The translations under genes and the position numbers were made by a program. This document shows positions 1-14,901 of a DNA stretch of 64,000 bases, one piece after another. Origin of the DNA: Dictyostelium discoideum (taxonomy: Eukaryota); assembly GCA_000004695.1 (NCBI GenBank), contig CM000153.2, positions 3,232,001 to 3,296,000 on the forward strand. Reading direction: 5' to 3'. Each line of letters opens with the position of its first letter. Position 1 is the first letter of the stretch. The notes beneath the pieces are model-generated. The model was given only the letters and a program-made list of their open reading frames with translations. It was not told where the DNA came from and made no database searches.

Positions 1-803
1 AATGGATTAATTGAATAATATTTAATCATTTCGACAGTTGCTCTAGTTTTTTCTGATATAACATATAGAATTTGTTTCTTTGGATAAATTTTATATGTTG
101 ATGGTGGTAAATACATTCTAAACTTTAATATATATCTTATAATACAACCCCTTTCTTGTGGAATTATGTAATAAGCTGATGGAGAATACCAAAATCCCGT
201 CTTCACTATTGTAGATGGTTTCAACAATGACCTATACCCAAGGAATATTATACCCTTTTGAAAATAATTAACCTGTTTAACCAATACAGCCGACAAAACA
301 TCCTTTGGTGCTAAAACCGACCGAAAACTCATTCTCTCCAATGAAGTTACCTGATCTAACTTTTTCAATGTTTTCATACCACATGTCCATTGATCGATTT
401 TACATGAATACTCTGAAAATATATAAGAAAATATCACTTCTGCAGATGCATCTATAAATGAACTACCACTACATGCGAAATCTAATGAATTTTCATCATA
501 ATCTCTATAATAGAATGTATAATCATTAAACTTTCTAAAACAATTCCAACCGGTTTCAACTGGATTTACCTCTAATTCACCAACAGTTTTACTAGTTTCT
601 TTAAACATAAAAGTTGGTGTTTTATCAACATCATATAACTCTTCATCTACATCTAAAAATTCAAATTCTTCTGATAATTGTGGTAATAAAATTTTCTTTC
701 CATCTTTTTCATTTAAATTTTCATTTGAATTTGAATTTGTAATACTATCACTATTATTATTATTATTTTCATTACTATTACTATTTTTAATATTTTGTTG
801 TTG

Positions 804-901
<98 letters not shown>

Positions 902-1762
902 GATTTGGGTTAAATAAATCTGGTGTTTTAAATTTTTTAAAATTATTTTCAATTTCTTTTTTATAATTTTTTTTAATATATTTTATAAGATTTGGTAAAG
1001 TATGAGTAATTTGAATACCAGTATTTCTATAGATCCTTTTCAAATCTACAGAATTAATTCTGAGGTATGGTGCAATGGTTAAATCATTAATTTGTACTAC
1101 CAATGTAATTCTAGTTTTATTTGGTGAAATTTGAAGGAATTCCCATCCTGATGGTTTCATATATGTTGGACTAGGTATTGATTCATGATGAATTGATCTA
1201 ATTACTACCCATGCTGATTTATTTTCAAAATCAACTGAAAAATTTCTTAAAAAAACAAAGTCTCTTGGAGCTCCTCCAAGTGGTGATCCAAATGAATAAT
1301 AATCAACTGAATTGCAACTGTCTAATTGTTCAATCTTTTTTGACTTTTAAATATGGTGTGAAAAAAATTATTAAAAAAAAATATTAAAAAAAAAAAAAAA
1401 AAAAAAAAAGGTTATTTTTAGTTTTTAGTTTTTTGATTTTGTTTTTTTTTTTTGATTTTTTTTGATTTTTAATAATTTATAAAAAAATAATAATAAAATT
1501 ATAAGTTTACCTCAATACAAAGTTCATCCCATATTTGTTGTAAATTTGCATTGTATAAAACATTTAATGGAATTTCTGGTGAAGTATTAATTTCACCAAT
1601 ACATTTAAAAATTAAACCTTCTTCAGTTGGATTTTCTATGGATTGAACTGAACATTCTTCATATTCACCCAAATCTGTCCAAGGCATAGTGGTATAATTA
1701 ATTAAATATTTAACTTCATCGTACACACTTTTAACAATATCCATACCATTTACATATTGCAT
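1..1762 (-). CDS. START (StAR-related lipid-transfer) domain protein. It is 3'-truncated at the window edge. Exons are about 1762..1511 and 1343..<1, with an internal poly-Asn tract at ~780-900.
   Basis: The ATG is at 1762. Exon 1 ends at ...CIEV followed by a GTAAAC donor. The intron is A/T homopolymer-rich and the acceptor is ttaaaag at 1345/1344. The spliced product (MQYVNG..W..; PRDFVFLRNF..AWVVIRSIHHESIP..SGWEFLQISP..TRITLVVQINDL) aligns in order with START/PCTP motifs. The open frame continues through the (AAT)n tract into a second globular region that runs off position 1. Confidence 0.6.
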
Positions 1763-1914
1763 TTTGTAATTTTATATTAATAATAATTATAATAATAATG
1801 TTTATGTTTATGTTTATGTTTATGTGAATGTGTATGTGAATGTGTTTGTGTTTGTGAGTGTTAAATTTAATTTTATATCTCTATTTTATTTATATGTATT
1901 TAATTCATATATAT

Positions 1915-2035
1915 TTTATTTTATTTTATTTTATTTTATTTTATTTTATTTTATTTTATTTTATTTTATTTTATTTTATTTTCTTTTCTTTTCTTTTCTT
2001 TTCTTTTCTTTTCTTTTCTTTTCTTTTCTTTAACA
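1915..2035. repeat. Compound microsatellite: (ATTTT)n, about 13 units, followed by (TTTTC)n, about 9 units. A (GTTTAT/GTGAAT)n stretch lies upstream at 1795-1860.
   Basis: Direct reading of perfect pentanucleotide tandem units. It produces the spurious poly-F/L ORFs in the ORF track. Confidence 0.9.
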
Positions 2036-2700
2036 ATATTAATATTTATTTATATTTAATTTATTTATATATAATATTTATATTTATATTTATATATAGA
2101 TTTATTTTTCTATTTGTTTTTATATATATTAATTTATTTTATTTTATTATTACAATTTAATTTTGGTTTTTTTTTTTTTTTTTGGTTTTTTTTTTTTTAT
2201 ATAATAGTTTTTTGAATGGTATTTTTCCGGAAAAAAAAAAAAGATCTTTAAAAAAAAAAAATTTAACTTTATTTAATTAAATTTAAATTTAAATTTTCAT
2301 GGATGAATAGGAATTAAAATTGTTTTTTTTAATTTATCTTTTTTTTTATTTTTATTTTTTTTTTTTTTTTTTTTTTTTTATTTTTTTTTTTTTATAAAAT
2401 TTAAAATTATTTCTTTTTGTTTACAAGAGGGTAAATTTGGTGAATTTAGTTAACTTTAATATTTATAAAGGTTAAAAAATAAAAAATTAAAAAATAAAAG
2501 AATTGTTGTCAAATGAAAATGAAAACCATAAAAAAAAAAAAAAAATTTAAAAAAAAAATAAAAAAGAAGGAAAAAACAAATATATCTATTTGGGGGTATT
2601 TTATCCTGTGTTTTTTTTTTTTTTTTTTTTTTGATAGTTTTTTTCTTTAAATTTTTGTCGAGTTGATCGTGATTTTTTTTAAATGAAAGGACACAACACG

Positions 2701-2743
<43 letters not shown>

Positions 2744-3650
2744 GGCAAAAGTGAAAGGTGTGAAAAGATGAGGGATTTTTTTTTTATTTTTGGAATTTAT
2801 GATAACTATTGCCGAGTGATAATTTTATGAAAAAAATAAAATAATAAAAAAAAATACATATATATACATATAAATATGTATATATATAATTAAAATAAAT
2901 TTTAAATAAAAAAATATAAAAATTAAATAAAAAATTTTTTAAAAAAAAAATAAAAGATAAAAAAGATAAAAGTTCAGCGTCATTTTTACACATTTTTACA
3001 GCGGGCTAAAACCCAATTTAGTTTGAAAAATGGTTTTTAATTTCATAAAGGCTATTTCTCACCAGCACGCATATGTCATTGTTTTAAAATTTTATTGAAT
3101 AAAATATTTTCACATTTAGTGTTTTTTCAATTTCCAAAAATTCAAATAAAAATCTTTTTTCACAATTCCCAAATTTTCCAAAAAAAAAAAGGTACCAATT
3201 GTGAGGTGTTGGACTATGAAATTTTTAAAAAACTTTATTTCATTTTTGATTTGAAAAAAAAAAAAAGTGAATTGGTTCCTGATTGGTCATTATTAATTTT
3301 ATTTTATTTTTTATTTTTTTTTTTAAAAAAAAATTTGCAACGACTAATAATAAAAAATAATCATTTGGTTGGTTAAAAATAAAAAAAAAGAAAAAAAACA
3401 TCATATGTTGATTTTATTTGAATAAAAATAAACACTTTTTTTCAGTTTATTTTTTACCTTAACTTTGGTGTATGTGGCTATTGAAAAAAAAAAAAAAAAA
3501 AAAAATATCTTTTGTGGGATTTGCTCAAAACAATTTTCGCAATATTATAAAAGATCCATTTTTTTTTTTTTTTTTTTTTCTTATTTTTTTTTCTTTTTTT
3601 TATTTTTTTTTTTTTTTTAATTTTTACACACCAAAACCACATCGTATCTC

Positions 3651-3697
<47 letters not shown>

Positions 3698-4290
3698 CCA
3701 AACTTTTTCAATGAAACCAAAACTCAACGTTTGGAATCTGCGTAAACATTGTGAAACAGGTTTGATTGGATTATCGCACAAAATTTTTTAAAAAAAAATA
3801 AATAAATAAATAAAAATCTTTTTTTAAATTTTTAAAAATAAAACCAGGTCGATTTTAAATAAAATACTTTTGTCGTCATTCGGCTTTGGTTATTTTTTTT
3901 TTTTTTTTTTTTTTATCCTCCAACTTAAAAAAATAATAATAATAATAATAATTTTTTTATCATCCAACTTTAAAAAAAAAAAAAAAAAAAATGAAAATAA
4001 AAAATAATAAAAAATTAAATTAAATAAAATAAAATTATTTAAAACAATATATTACACAATTAATTTTAAAAAATTCACAAAATAAATTATAAATTTAATG
4101 ATTTTCAATCAGTTTTATTAGATTGATTAAATTTTTTAGTTTTTTTTTTTTTTTTTTTAAAATTAAATTAAATTTTCTAAACAAAAATTGAATAAATAAT
4201 AATAAAATTATAATTTATTATTTATTTAATTTTATTTAATTTTTTTTTTTTTATTTTTTTTTATAATTACAAGTTATTTTATTAAATTAA

Positions 4291-5462
<1,172 letters not shown>

Positions 5463-5735
5463 TTTATAAAATAAATATTTTTAGTATTAAAAAAAAAAAA
5501 AAAAACAAAAAAAACACTAAACACTTTTTTTTTTTTTTTTTTGTAGTTAATTTATGAAAATGAAAAAAAAAAAAATAAAAAAATAAAAAAAAAAAATAAA
5601 AAATAAAAAATAAAAATAAAAAATTAAAAAAAAAATCTAAAAAAATCGTCATTAGATTACTTTTTGGGAAATTTAAAACGAAAGTAATTTTAATTATTGT
5701 GGTGAAATAAAAAACACAACCCAAAATGGGAAAAT

Positions 5736-5771
<36 letters not shown>

Positions 5772-5794
5772 CCATTTCTTCAATTTAAATCTTA

Positions 5795-5830
<36 letters not shown>

Positions 5831-5972
5831 TTGTGACTACCATATATAAAATATTTTCAGTTTTAACATTTTAATTTGTTTTAAAGATTTAATATTTTAA
5901 ACATTTGGATTTGTTGTGTTTTTTTTTTTTATTATTTTTTTTTTATATTTATTTATTATTATTTTTTTTTTT

Positions 5973-7086
5973 TTATCTTGAAGATGATAAAGCTCTTCTA
6001 TTACGAGTACCTAAAAGATTAAATGAATTATAACCATATAAAGATTTTTCATATTCCATTAATTGGAATTGAAAACCTGTATTAATATTTATACGTGGTG
6101 CAGAGTTTTTGACATATTCATAAGAATCCTTTAAAGATAATTTCAAAGCTTTCATTCCAAAAGCTACAGCCAATGTAGTTGATCTTGATCTACCTTCCTT
6201 ACAATGAATTAATATTGAAGATGATGGTGAATTTGTCAATGATTGTTGAATGAATTCAATTGCATCGTTAAAGTAACGATTAATTGGTTGATCGATTGAA
6301 TCTGAAACAGAGACACGAAAGAACTTTAAATGCTCCAATGATTTTGGTAAAGAGACTTCAATGGTTGCATTTAAGATTGAATTGATATTCTCCTTTTCCA
6401 ACCATTCCAAATTGTTTAAACAATTCTTACCACCTACAAATATATTGATATTTGGATCCAATTTTTCAAATACTTTAAATCCTTCATTTTTTGCGCTGTC
6501 AAAGTAATGTTGATGATTTCCAAAATCATCACTTTTAATACCAACAAGCGATCTAGTTCTATTTAAAATTCTTCCACCATTTTCATCATATTCCACTTCT
6601 TCCTCTTCTTTCTCTTCATTACTTTGTGTTGATGGCAATTCATCACCATTATTATCATCATTTTCTCCTTCCTCTTTAATGTTAAAGTTTAGTTTTGGTA
6701 ATTTCTCTTTTAATAATATAAATTCATATCTAATTTCTTTATCTTGTTTAGATGGTGATAAAACAAATGATACCTTAATTCGTTGATTATTGTCTGTGGT
6801 TGTTTCATTTGTTGATGTTGCTGCAGCAGTTGTTGTAGTAGTAGTAGTAGTAGTTGTTGTTGTTGTTGTTGGTGTTGGAATTGTAGATGATGATGAAGCT
6901 AATGGATTTTTAGCCGTTATTTTAGATGTTTTTTTCTTTTCAAACTTTCCACTAATATTTTTTTTAATTGTTTCAAATAATGATGGTTTCTTTTCATCTT
7001 TATTCTCTTTTTTAACCTTTATTTCTTTGGGTTTTATTTCTTTTATTGTTTCTTTTTTCTCCTTTTTAATTTCATTGTAATTATTA

Positions 7087-7174
<88 letters not shown>

Positions 7175-7665
7175 TTGTAGTGGTGGTGGTGGTGGTAGTA
7201 GTGGCAGTGGTATTAGTGGTAGTAGTGGTAGTAGTTGGTTTATTTAATTTTTGTTCTTGTGGTTGTTCGATTTTAATTGAAGGTTGTCTAGTTCTTGGTT
7301 TATTTGGATCGAAATACCAATAAATTCCATCCAATGTTGATTCTAATCTTGATTTTTTCTTTTGTGGTTTTTTTGAATTGAATTGTACTAACTCATTACC
7401 AATTGATTGATTAATAATAATACTACTTTTATTTTCTTGATTTGAATTTTGATGTGGATGTGATTGTAATGGTTGTAGTGGTTGACGAACATTTTGTAAA
7501 TCACTTTTATTATTATCATGGTTTTTGGTGATTTTTACCAATGGTTGTACTGGTTGTACTGTTTGTAATGGTTGACGAGTATTTTGTAAATTATTTAAAA
7601 TATTTGTATCAATATTTTTATTTTCTTTATCTTTATCATCAAATTTTTTACTTTTTAAAAAATTT

Positions 7666-7736
<71 letters not shown>

Positions 7737-8213
7737 GTTGTTGTTGTTATTGTTATTGTTATTATTGTTATTGTTATTATTATTGATACTATTGCTATTG
7801 TTATTATTGCCGATATTTGTATCATTATTGTAACTTGATGGAGTTGCTATGTTAGCTTCCATTGGTTCAATTTTAATTTCTGCCCCAATGATATTATTAT
7901 TATTAGTGACTATTTTATTTAAATTACTATCAATAGTATTGTCGATTGATGATGTTGATGAAAAAGAAACAGATGTTGGAATTGAAGTTTCATTATTATT
8001 AATATTATTTGTATTGTTTATATTATTATTTATATTATTATCATCTGTTTCATTTTTTACAGTTATTTCTTTTATTTTTGTTGAGGGTTTCGAAGAATCA
8101 TTATTTTTTTGTACTTTTTCATGGACAATAAGGTCAGAAAGAAATTTGCTGGTGTTAACTCGAGGCCTTTTGTCATTTGTGATCTTCCAATAATCGCCAT
8201 TAAAATTATCCAT
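5973..8213 (-). CDS. Dual-specificity protein phosphatase. The catalytic domain is C-terminal and the N-terminal region is long and Asn/Thr/Gln-rich.
   Basis: A single 746-codon ORF from ATG 8213. The C-terminus carries the DSP active-site signature IHCKEGRSRSTTLAVAFGM (CX5R) and a conserved DSP core (FVGGKNCL.. through ..KALKLSL). The (AAT)n, (ACT)n and (TTG)n tracts inside encode the low-complexity N/T/Q runs typical of Dictyostelium. Confidence 0.75.
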
Positions 8214-8791
8214 TCTTTTATTCCTAATTCTAAATTAAAAAAATAAATAAATAAATAAATAAATAATTAATTAATTATTTGTTATTGTACAAATAAACAA
8301 GTAAAAAAAAAATAAAAAATAAAAAAAAAAAAGAAAAAAATAAATAAAAAATAAAAAAAAAATAAAAATTAAAACAATTTAATTTAAAAAAATTTAAATT
8401 TTGAGAGGCAAATTGCCTAATTTACCTTCCAAAAAAAATTTTTTTTTGAATTAAATTTTTTTATTTTAATTGTTTTTTTTTTTTTTTTATAATTTAAATT
8501 ATTTATGGAAATTATTCATTATTTGTTTTCACCATATTATCTTTTTTAATTATATAAGTTAATACAATTTTTTTTTTTAAATTTTATAATATTTTAAGAA
8601 AAAAAGTGGAAGTTCTTTTTTTTTTTTTAATTTTTTTTTTTTAATTTTTTTTTATTTTTTATTTTTTATTTTTTTTTTGAAAAATAGCGGAACGATGACT
8701 TTTTTTAAATTTTTTTTTTTTTTTTTTATAAATAATTATTTTTATTTTATTTTATTCATTAAAAATTAATATAAATAAAATATAAAATAAA

Positions 8792-11700
8792 ATGGTAAAA
8801 TATCAAATTTATATATTTATTAATTTATTTATATTTATTATAAGAAATTATATAGAAATATAAAAAAATTAAAAAAAAAAATAAAAAAAATAAAAAAAAT
8901 AAAAACACACACATATCCCCATTCCGACTTTTACTAATACTAAAATTAATTTTTTATTTTATTTTAGTCTACAGCAAAATTAGATTTTGTTAGAGCATAT
9001 GAAAAAGAAGTTCAAAATAAATGGGAAAGTGATAAACAATTTGAAATTGATGCATTAGATGCACCAGATGCTGAACATCCAAAATATTTAGCAACATTCC
9101 CATACCCATATATGAATGGAAGATTACATGTTGGTCATGTTTTCACAATCACCAAAGCAGAATTTATGTGTCAATTCCAAAGATTAATGGGTAAAAGAGT
9201 TTTATTCCCATTTGCATTCCATTGTACTGGTATGCCAATTAAAGCATGTGCTGATAAATTAAAGAAAGAAATTGAACAATTTGGTTGTCCACCAGTTTTC
9301 CCAGTTATTGAAGGTAATTAATTAATATATATTATTATTATATATAAAATATTTAGGTTGAATATACTAATTATTATATGTTTATGTATATTTTTCAATG
9401 TAAAATTATGATGATAATAATGACGATGATAACAATAATAATAATGAAAAAAAAAAAAGAAAAACCAATTCAAGAAGTAACAACAGCAGTAAAAGAAGAT
9501 CCACTTTCATTTAAATCAAAGAAAACAAAAGCAGTAGCAAAATCAGGAGGAGCAGTATATCAATGGAAGATTATGCAAAGTTTAGGTATTTCAGATGAAG
9601 AGATTCCAATGTTTGCAGATTCAGCCTATTGGTTAAATTATTTCCCACCACATTGTGAAAGTGATCTTAAATTATTAGGTGTTGGTGTTGATTGGCGTCG
9701 TTCATTCATTACCACTGATGTCAATGGTTATTATGATTCATTTGTTCGTTGGCAATTTGAATCACTCAAAGCATTAGGTAAAGTAAAATATGGTAAACGT
9801 TATTCAATTTGGTCAACAATTGATGATCAACAATGTGCCGATCATGAAAGAGCACAAGGTGAAGGTGTTGGACCACAAAATTATACTCTCATTAAATTAG
9901 AGGTTGTTGAACCAATTCCAGAATGTCTCAAAGAGATTCATTCACAAGGTAAAAAGATTTATTTAGTACCAGGTACATTACGTCCAGAGACAATGTATGG
10001 TCAAACCAATTGTTGGATTCTTCCAACCGGTAAATATGGTGCCTTTGAAATGGCCAATGGTGATATATTTGTTTGCACAGAAAGATCCGCTCGTAATATG
10101 TCATACCAACAAATGACCACCGGTAAGGGTGAATATAAATGTCTCGCCAAATTTGAAGGTTCCGATATTTTAGGTGCCGCTTTAAAAGCCCCATTAGCAA
10201 TCAACCCAATCGTTTACGTCTTACCAATGTTAACCATCGATGAAAATAAAGGTACTGGTGTCGTTACCTCTGTTCCATCAGATTCACCAGACGATTATGC
10301 TTCACTCCAAGATTTAAAAGCAAAAGCACCACTTCGTGCCAAATTCTCAATCAAAGATGAATGGGTTTTACCATTTGAAGTAGTACCAATCATTGATATT
10401 CCAGGCTATTCCAATGAGAGTGCCGTTCGTGCTTACAAGGATTTAGGTATCAAATCACAAAACGATAGAGCTTTACTCGACCAAGCCAAAGATCTTTGCT
10501 ATCAAAAAGGTTTCAATGATGGTGTTATGAGTGTTGGTCCATATGCTGGTCGTAAAGTTTCCGAGGTTAAGAAAATTATCAAGGATGAAATGGTTGCTTC
10601 CGGTCAAGCCGTTGATTACAGTGAACCAACTTCAAAGGTAGTATCACGTTCTGGTGATGAATGTGTCGTTGCTCTCTCTGATCAATGGTATATAAACTAT
10701 GGTGATGATGATATCGAATGGAAGAATCAAACCATTAAACAATTGGAATCAATGGAATTCTATTCAGCTGAAACTAAAAAGAAATTTGAAATCGCTTTAG
10801 GTTGGATGAATCAATGGGCATGTAGTCGTAGTTTTGGTCTTGGTACTCATTTACCATGGGATGAGAAATTCTTAATTGAATCTCTCTCTGACTCTACCAT
10901 CTATATGGCTTTCTATACAGTTGCTCATTTATTACAAGGTGATGTCAATGGTTCAAAACCAGGTAGCGCTGGTATCACTCCAAAACAAATGACCTCTGCC
11001 TGTTGGGATTACGTTTTAATGGGTAAACCATATCCAGAGGGTTGTGAAGTTTCAGAGGAAAAACTTAAAGAACTCAAGAAGGAATTCACCTATTGGTATC
11101 CAGTAGATATTAGAGTATCAGGTGCTGATCTCATTCAAAACCATCTCACCTTTTTCCTCTACACTCACGCTGCAATCTTTGAAAAGAAATTCCAACCAAA
11201 GAGTATTCGTGCCAATGGTTTCGTCAATTTAAATGGTGAAAAAATGTCAAAATCAACTGGTAACTTTTTAACACTCGTTGATTCAGTCGCCAAATTCTCT
11301 GCTGATGGTACTCGTGTCGCTTTAGCCGATGCTGGTGATTCCATTGAAGATGCCAATTTTGTAGATCAAACCGCTGTCACTTCATTATTAAAACTCCACA
11401 CTCAAATTCAATGGGTTCAAGAAACTTTAGACTCTATTGATAAATTCCGTTCTGGTCCATTAGATCGTATTCAAGATACCATCTTTGAGAGTGAAATCAA
11501 CAATATCATTGTAGAATCTGAAAAAGCTTATCAAAAAACCAATTTCCGTGATGCTCTTCATTTAGTATTCTTTGATCTCCAAAATGCTCGTGATCACTAC
11601 AAAGTAACCACCTTAGATCAAATGCACAAGGATCTCGTTTTAAGATTCATTGAAGTTCAAGCTTTATTAATTTATCCAATCGCTCCACATTTTGCTCAAA

Positions 11701-12287
11701 AACTTTTCAATATGCTTGGAAAAGGTAATATCTTAAGTGCCGGTTGGCCAAAAGCTGGTGCAATCGATTATGAAGCTTTGAAAAAGAATAACTATGTTCA
11801 ACAAACCATTTACAATTTCAGAATGAAATTACAAGTTTATCAAAAGGCAAAATTAAAAGGTAAACCAGCTGGTACTAAAGCAATTCCAGATCAATCAACC
11901 ATCATTGTAAGTAAGAGTTATCCAAAATGGCAACAAGATGTCTTGGAATACCTTGCCACCATCTACAATGAAGATTCAAAATCTTTCACAAAAGATAACA
12001 ATGCCATCGCTGAAGAATTATTATCTCGTGAAGAAATGAAACCACATAAAAAAAATCTTATGGGTTTTGTCGCTTCTGCAATTCAAAATGTTAAAGAATC
12101 TGGTAAAGATGCTTTACAAACTTCTCTCTCATTTGATGAAACTTCAACTCTCACTGATAATATTGATTATATTTGTAAAACTTTAGAATTAACTAGTTTC
12201 GATGTTAAAGATTTCAATGAAATCCCTCAAGCTTCTCAATCAAAAATACAACCAATTCCAGGTAAACCACAATTCCAATTTGTTTAA
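8792..12287 (+). CDS. leuS: Cytoplasmic leucyl-tRNA synthetase. Exons about 8792..8794 (ATG only), 8968..9313, 9460..12287.
   Basis: The spliced product is M|[43 protein letters not shown] (class I HIGH motif) ... [11 protein letters not shown] (KMSKS). It is collinear with human LARS1 along the whole length. Intron 1 follows ATG|GTAAAA and ends at the acceptor ttttag at 8966/67. Intron 2 follows GAAG|GTAATT and ends at the only in-frame AG, at 9458/59 after an A12 run (unusual). The stop is at 12287. Confidence 0.85.
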
Positions 12288-12798
12288 AAAAAAAAAAATA
12301 ATAAAATAAAAATAAATAAAATTTTAAAATAAAAAAAATAAAAAAAATAAACATATAAATATAAATAATTATAATAAATAAATTTAATGATTAAATTATA
12401 ATTTTTATTTTTTTATTTAATTTTATAGTTTTTAATTGTAATAATAATAAAAATAAAAATAATAAAAATAAAAATTTTATTATTATTATTATTTATTTAA
12501 TTTTAGAGTTTTAAATTTCAAGGAAATAATAAATCTTTTTTTTTTTCAAAATTTTTTTTTTTTTTTTTAATCACTTTACCATAAATATTTTATTTTTTTA
12601 ACATTTTAGTGGTAATGGCAATATTATTTTTATTTTCATTCTTATTTTTTTTTAATTTTTTTTAAAATCAATGATAGATTGATTAAATAAAAGTAAAATT
12701 TTCTAAAATAAAAATAGTCAATCATTTTGGTCAGGGAAAAAAAATTAAAATTTCTAATCCTTTATAATAATCAAAACCCAACTTTGGCTTTTTTTTTT

Positions 12799-12833
<35 letters not shown>

Positions 12834-12856
12834 TTTTTTTTAAATTTTTTTTTTTT

Positions 12857-12896
<40 letters not shown>

Positions 12897-13584
12897 CTTT
12901 TTTCATATCTATTTTTAAGCATTATAATTAATACACATTTTGTTTTTTTTCCTCTTTTTTATTCTTTTATTTTCATTTTATTTTCCATTGTAAATATATT
13001 TAGTAAAAAATAAAATAAAATAAAATAGAATAATAAATAAAATAAAAAAGAATGTCATCTCCACCAACAACAACAACAACAACCACCACTTCAACAGGCG
13101 GCAACCAAGAAACACCAAAAGCAATACCTCCAGCACCAATTGAAGATAAATCAGCTGAAAGAATAAAGAAAAGAGATCCAGGTAAATAATAATTAAAAAA
13201 AAAAAAAAAACTTTACACATATATAAATATTAGTATAAAAAATAGACACACACTCACTCACTCACTCACACACACGCTCAATAACAATAATAATAACAAT
13301 AATAATAATATATACACACTTTTCTCCCCCTCTATCTCAAAAAATATTAGTTCGGTGCATATATATACTTATATATATTTATTTTAAAAATATAATAATG
13401 TTAAAATAATAATAATAATTAACAATATAAACTTTTTTTATTATTTTCCTTAAATTTATTTTCTCTTTTTAATAATAAAAAAAAAAAAAAAAAAAAAAAA
13501 CCAAAAAAAACAAAAACACAAAAACAATTATAATAATAATAACAAACAAACAAACAAACTATTAACACAATAATATTAAAAATA

Positions 13585-14717
13585 ATGAAAAATAAATTAG
13601 GTAATATTACAAAGGTTATTAAATGTGGTGTTGTAGGTGATGGTACTGTTGGAAAAACAACACTCTTATTATCTTATATCACTCAAGCATTCATTACAGA
13701 GTATACACCAACTGTATTTGATAACTTTTCAGCAATTGAAGAGGTTGATGATGGTAAGTTAGTAAATGTTATATTGTGGGATACTGCTGGTCAAGATGAC
13801 TATGCACAAATCAGAACAACTTGTTATACAAATTGTAGATATGATGTATTTTTACTTTGTTTCTCTGTTGTAAATCGTGATTCATTTGACAATGTTAAAT
13901 ATAAGGTAAATATTATAATATAATATATGCATGCATGCATATAAACATATATTAATAATTTTTTATTTTTTTTAATTTTTTTTATTTTTTTTTAATTAAT
14001 AATAATAATAATAATAAATAGTGGTTACCAGAATTAAAAGCAAATTCACCAGGAACACCATTTATTTTAGTTGGTACAAAAACTGATATGAGAGATCAAC
14101 AAACAGGAGGTTCACCAACCAATACTACATCATCACCACCAATTGCAGGTAATAATCAAACATTAAATAATATCATTACATTTAAAGAGGGTCAAAAGAG
14201 AGCCAAAGAGATTAAAGCATTCAACTATATGGAATGTACATCTCGTGACTCTTCAAGTGTTGCCAAGGTAGTTTTGGAGGCAATCAATATCATCATTGAA
14301 AAGGAAAAATTAAAAAGAGTAAACAATGAAAAACTATGGAAGAGTCAAGTGAAAAAAGAAGAGAAAGAATCTAAAAAAGAGGAAAAAGAAAGAGCAAAAT
14401 ATATTGAAAAACAAAAATTAAAAGAAGAAAAATCGAATGGTTCAGTAAATAATAGTAATAATAATAGTAATAGTAACAATAATAATAGTAATAATAATAA
14501 TAATAATAGTAATAGTAGTAGTAATAATAATATAAGTGGAAATAAAGACAATAATAATTCAACACCAAATAAATCATTATCTTCCTCCTCATCTTCTGAT
14601 AAAAAACAACAACCTTCATCACCTTCCTCTGCTGCCTCTCCTTCGACACCTTCTTCACCTTCTCCCTTAGAAGGCACTTCTCCAAAACAAGATAAAAAAA
14701 TTAACGCTGATAATTAA
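13585..14717 (+). CDS. Atypical Rac/Rho-family small GTPase with a long Ser/Asn/Lys-rich C-terminal extension and no CAAX box. Exons 13585..13908 and 14021..14717.
   Basis: G1 GDGTVGKT, switch regions TVFDNFSA and [10 protein letters not shown]4 [10 protein letters not shown] and G5 ECTSRD align with Rac1. Intron 13909..14020 has an AAG|GTAAAT donor and an aaatag acceptor. The tail (..[21 protein letters not shown].. poly-N/S.. [15 protein letters not shown]) ends without a CAAX box. Confidence 0.75.
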
Positions 14718-14901
14718 ATAGTAAAATTAATTTAATTCAAAAAAAAAAAAAATGAAAAAAAAAAAAAAAATAATAATTAACAATGTACCCATAATTTTAA
14801 AAATAAATAAATAAAAAAAAAAACAAATAAATTATAAAATAAATTACACACAAAAACTATTTTATTTAAATATTATTAAAATTTATTTTTAAAAAATCAT
14901 T

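Noticed and set aside
713-952. ORF-track ORF encoding poly-Ile
   Set aside because: It is the wrong reading frame through the (AAT)n tract of the START-domain gene. The real frame encodes poly-Asn and continues on both sides.
1824-2160. Two overlapping plus-strand ORFs rich in F/L/Y
   Set aside because: They are translations of the (ATTTT)n/(TTTTC)n microsatellites and have no coding signal.
3472-3720. Opposing 80-aa ORFs, one poly-F and one poly-K
   Set aside because: They are mirror translations of poly-T/poly-A homopolymer runs.
6790-8193. Plus-strand ORFs inside the phosphatase gene (poly-V, poly-Y)
   Set aside because: They are antisense to a well-supported minus-strand CDS and are driven by trinucleotide repeats.
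8401-8416. GGCAAATTGCC dyad in the phosphatase/leuS divergent promoter
   Set aside because: It has only 4-bp arms, which is too short to distinguish from chance.
9928-10204. Two minus-strand ORFs within leuS
   Set aside because: They are antisense to a homology-confirmed aminoacyl-tRNA synthetase exon.
13190-13585. Attempt to splice the 13053 short ORF onto the Rac gene
   Set aside because: The only AGs downstream (13231, 13243, 13350) give frames that hit stops or encode junk such as DTHSLTHSHTRSIT.. There is no AG at all between 13351 and the Rac ATG.
14345-14685. Minus-strand poly-L / poly-Y ORFs
   Set aside because: They are antisense to the poly-N/S coding tail of the Rac-like gene.
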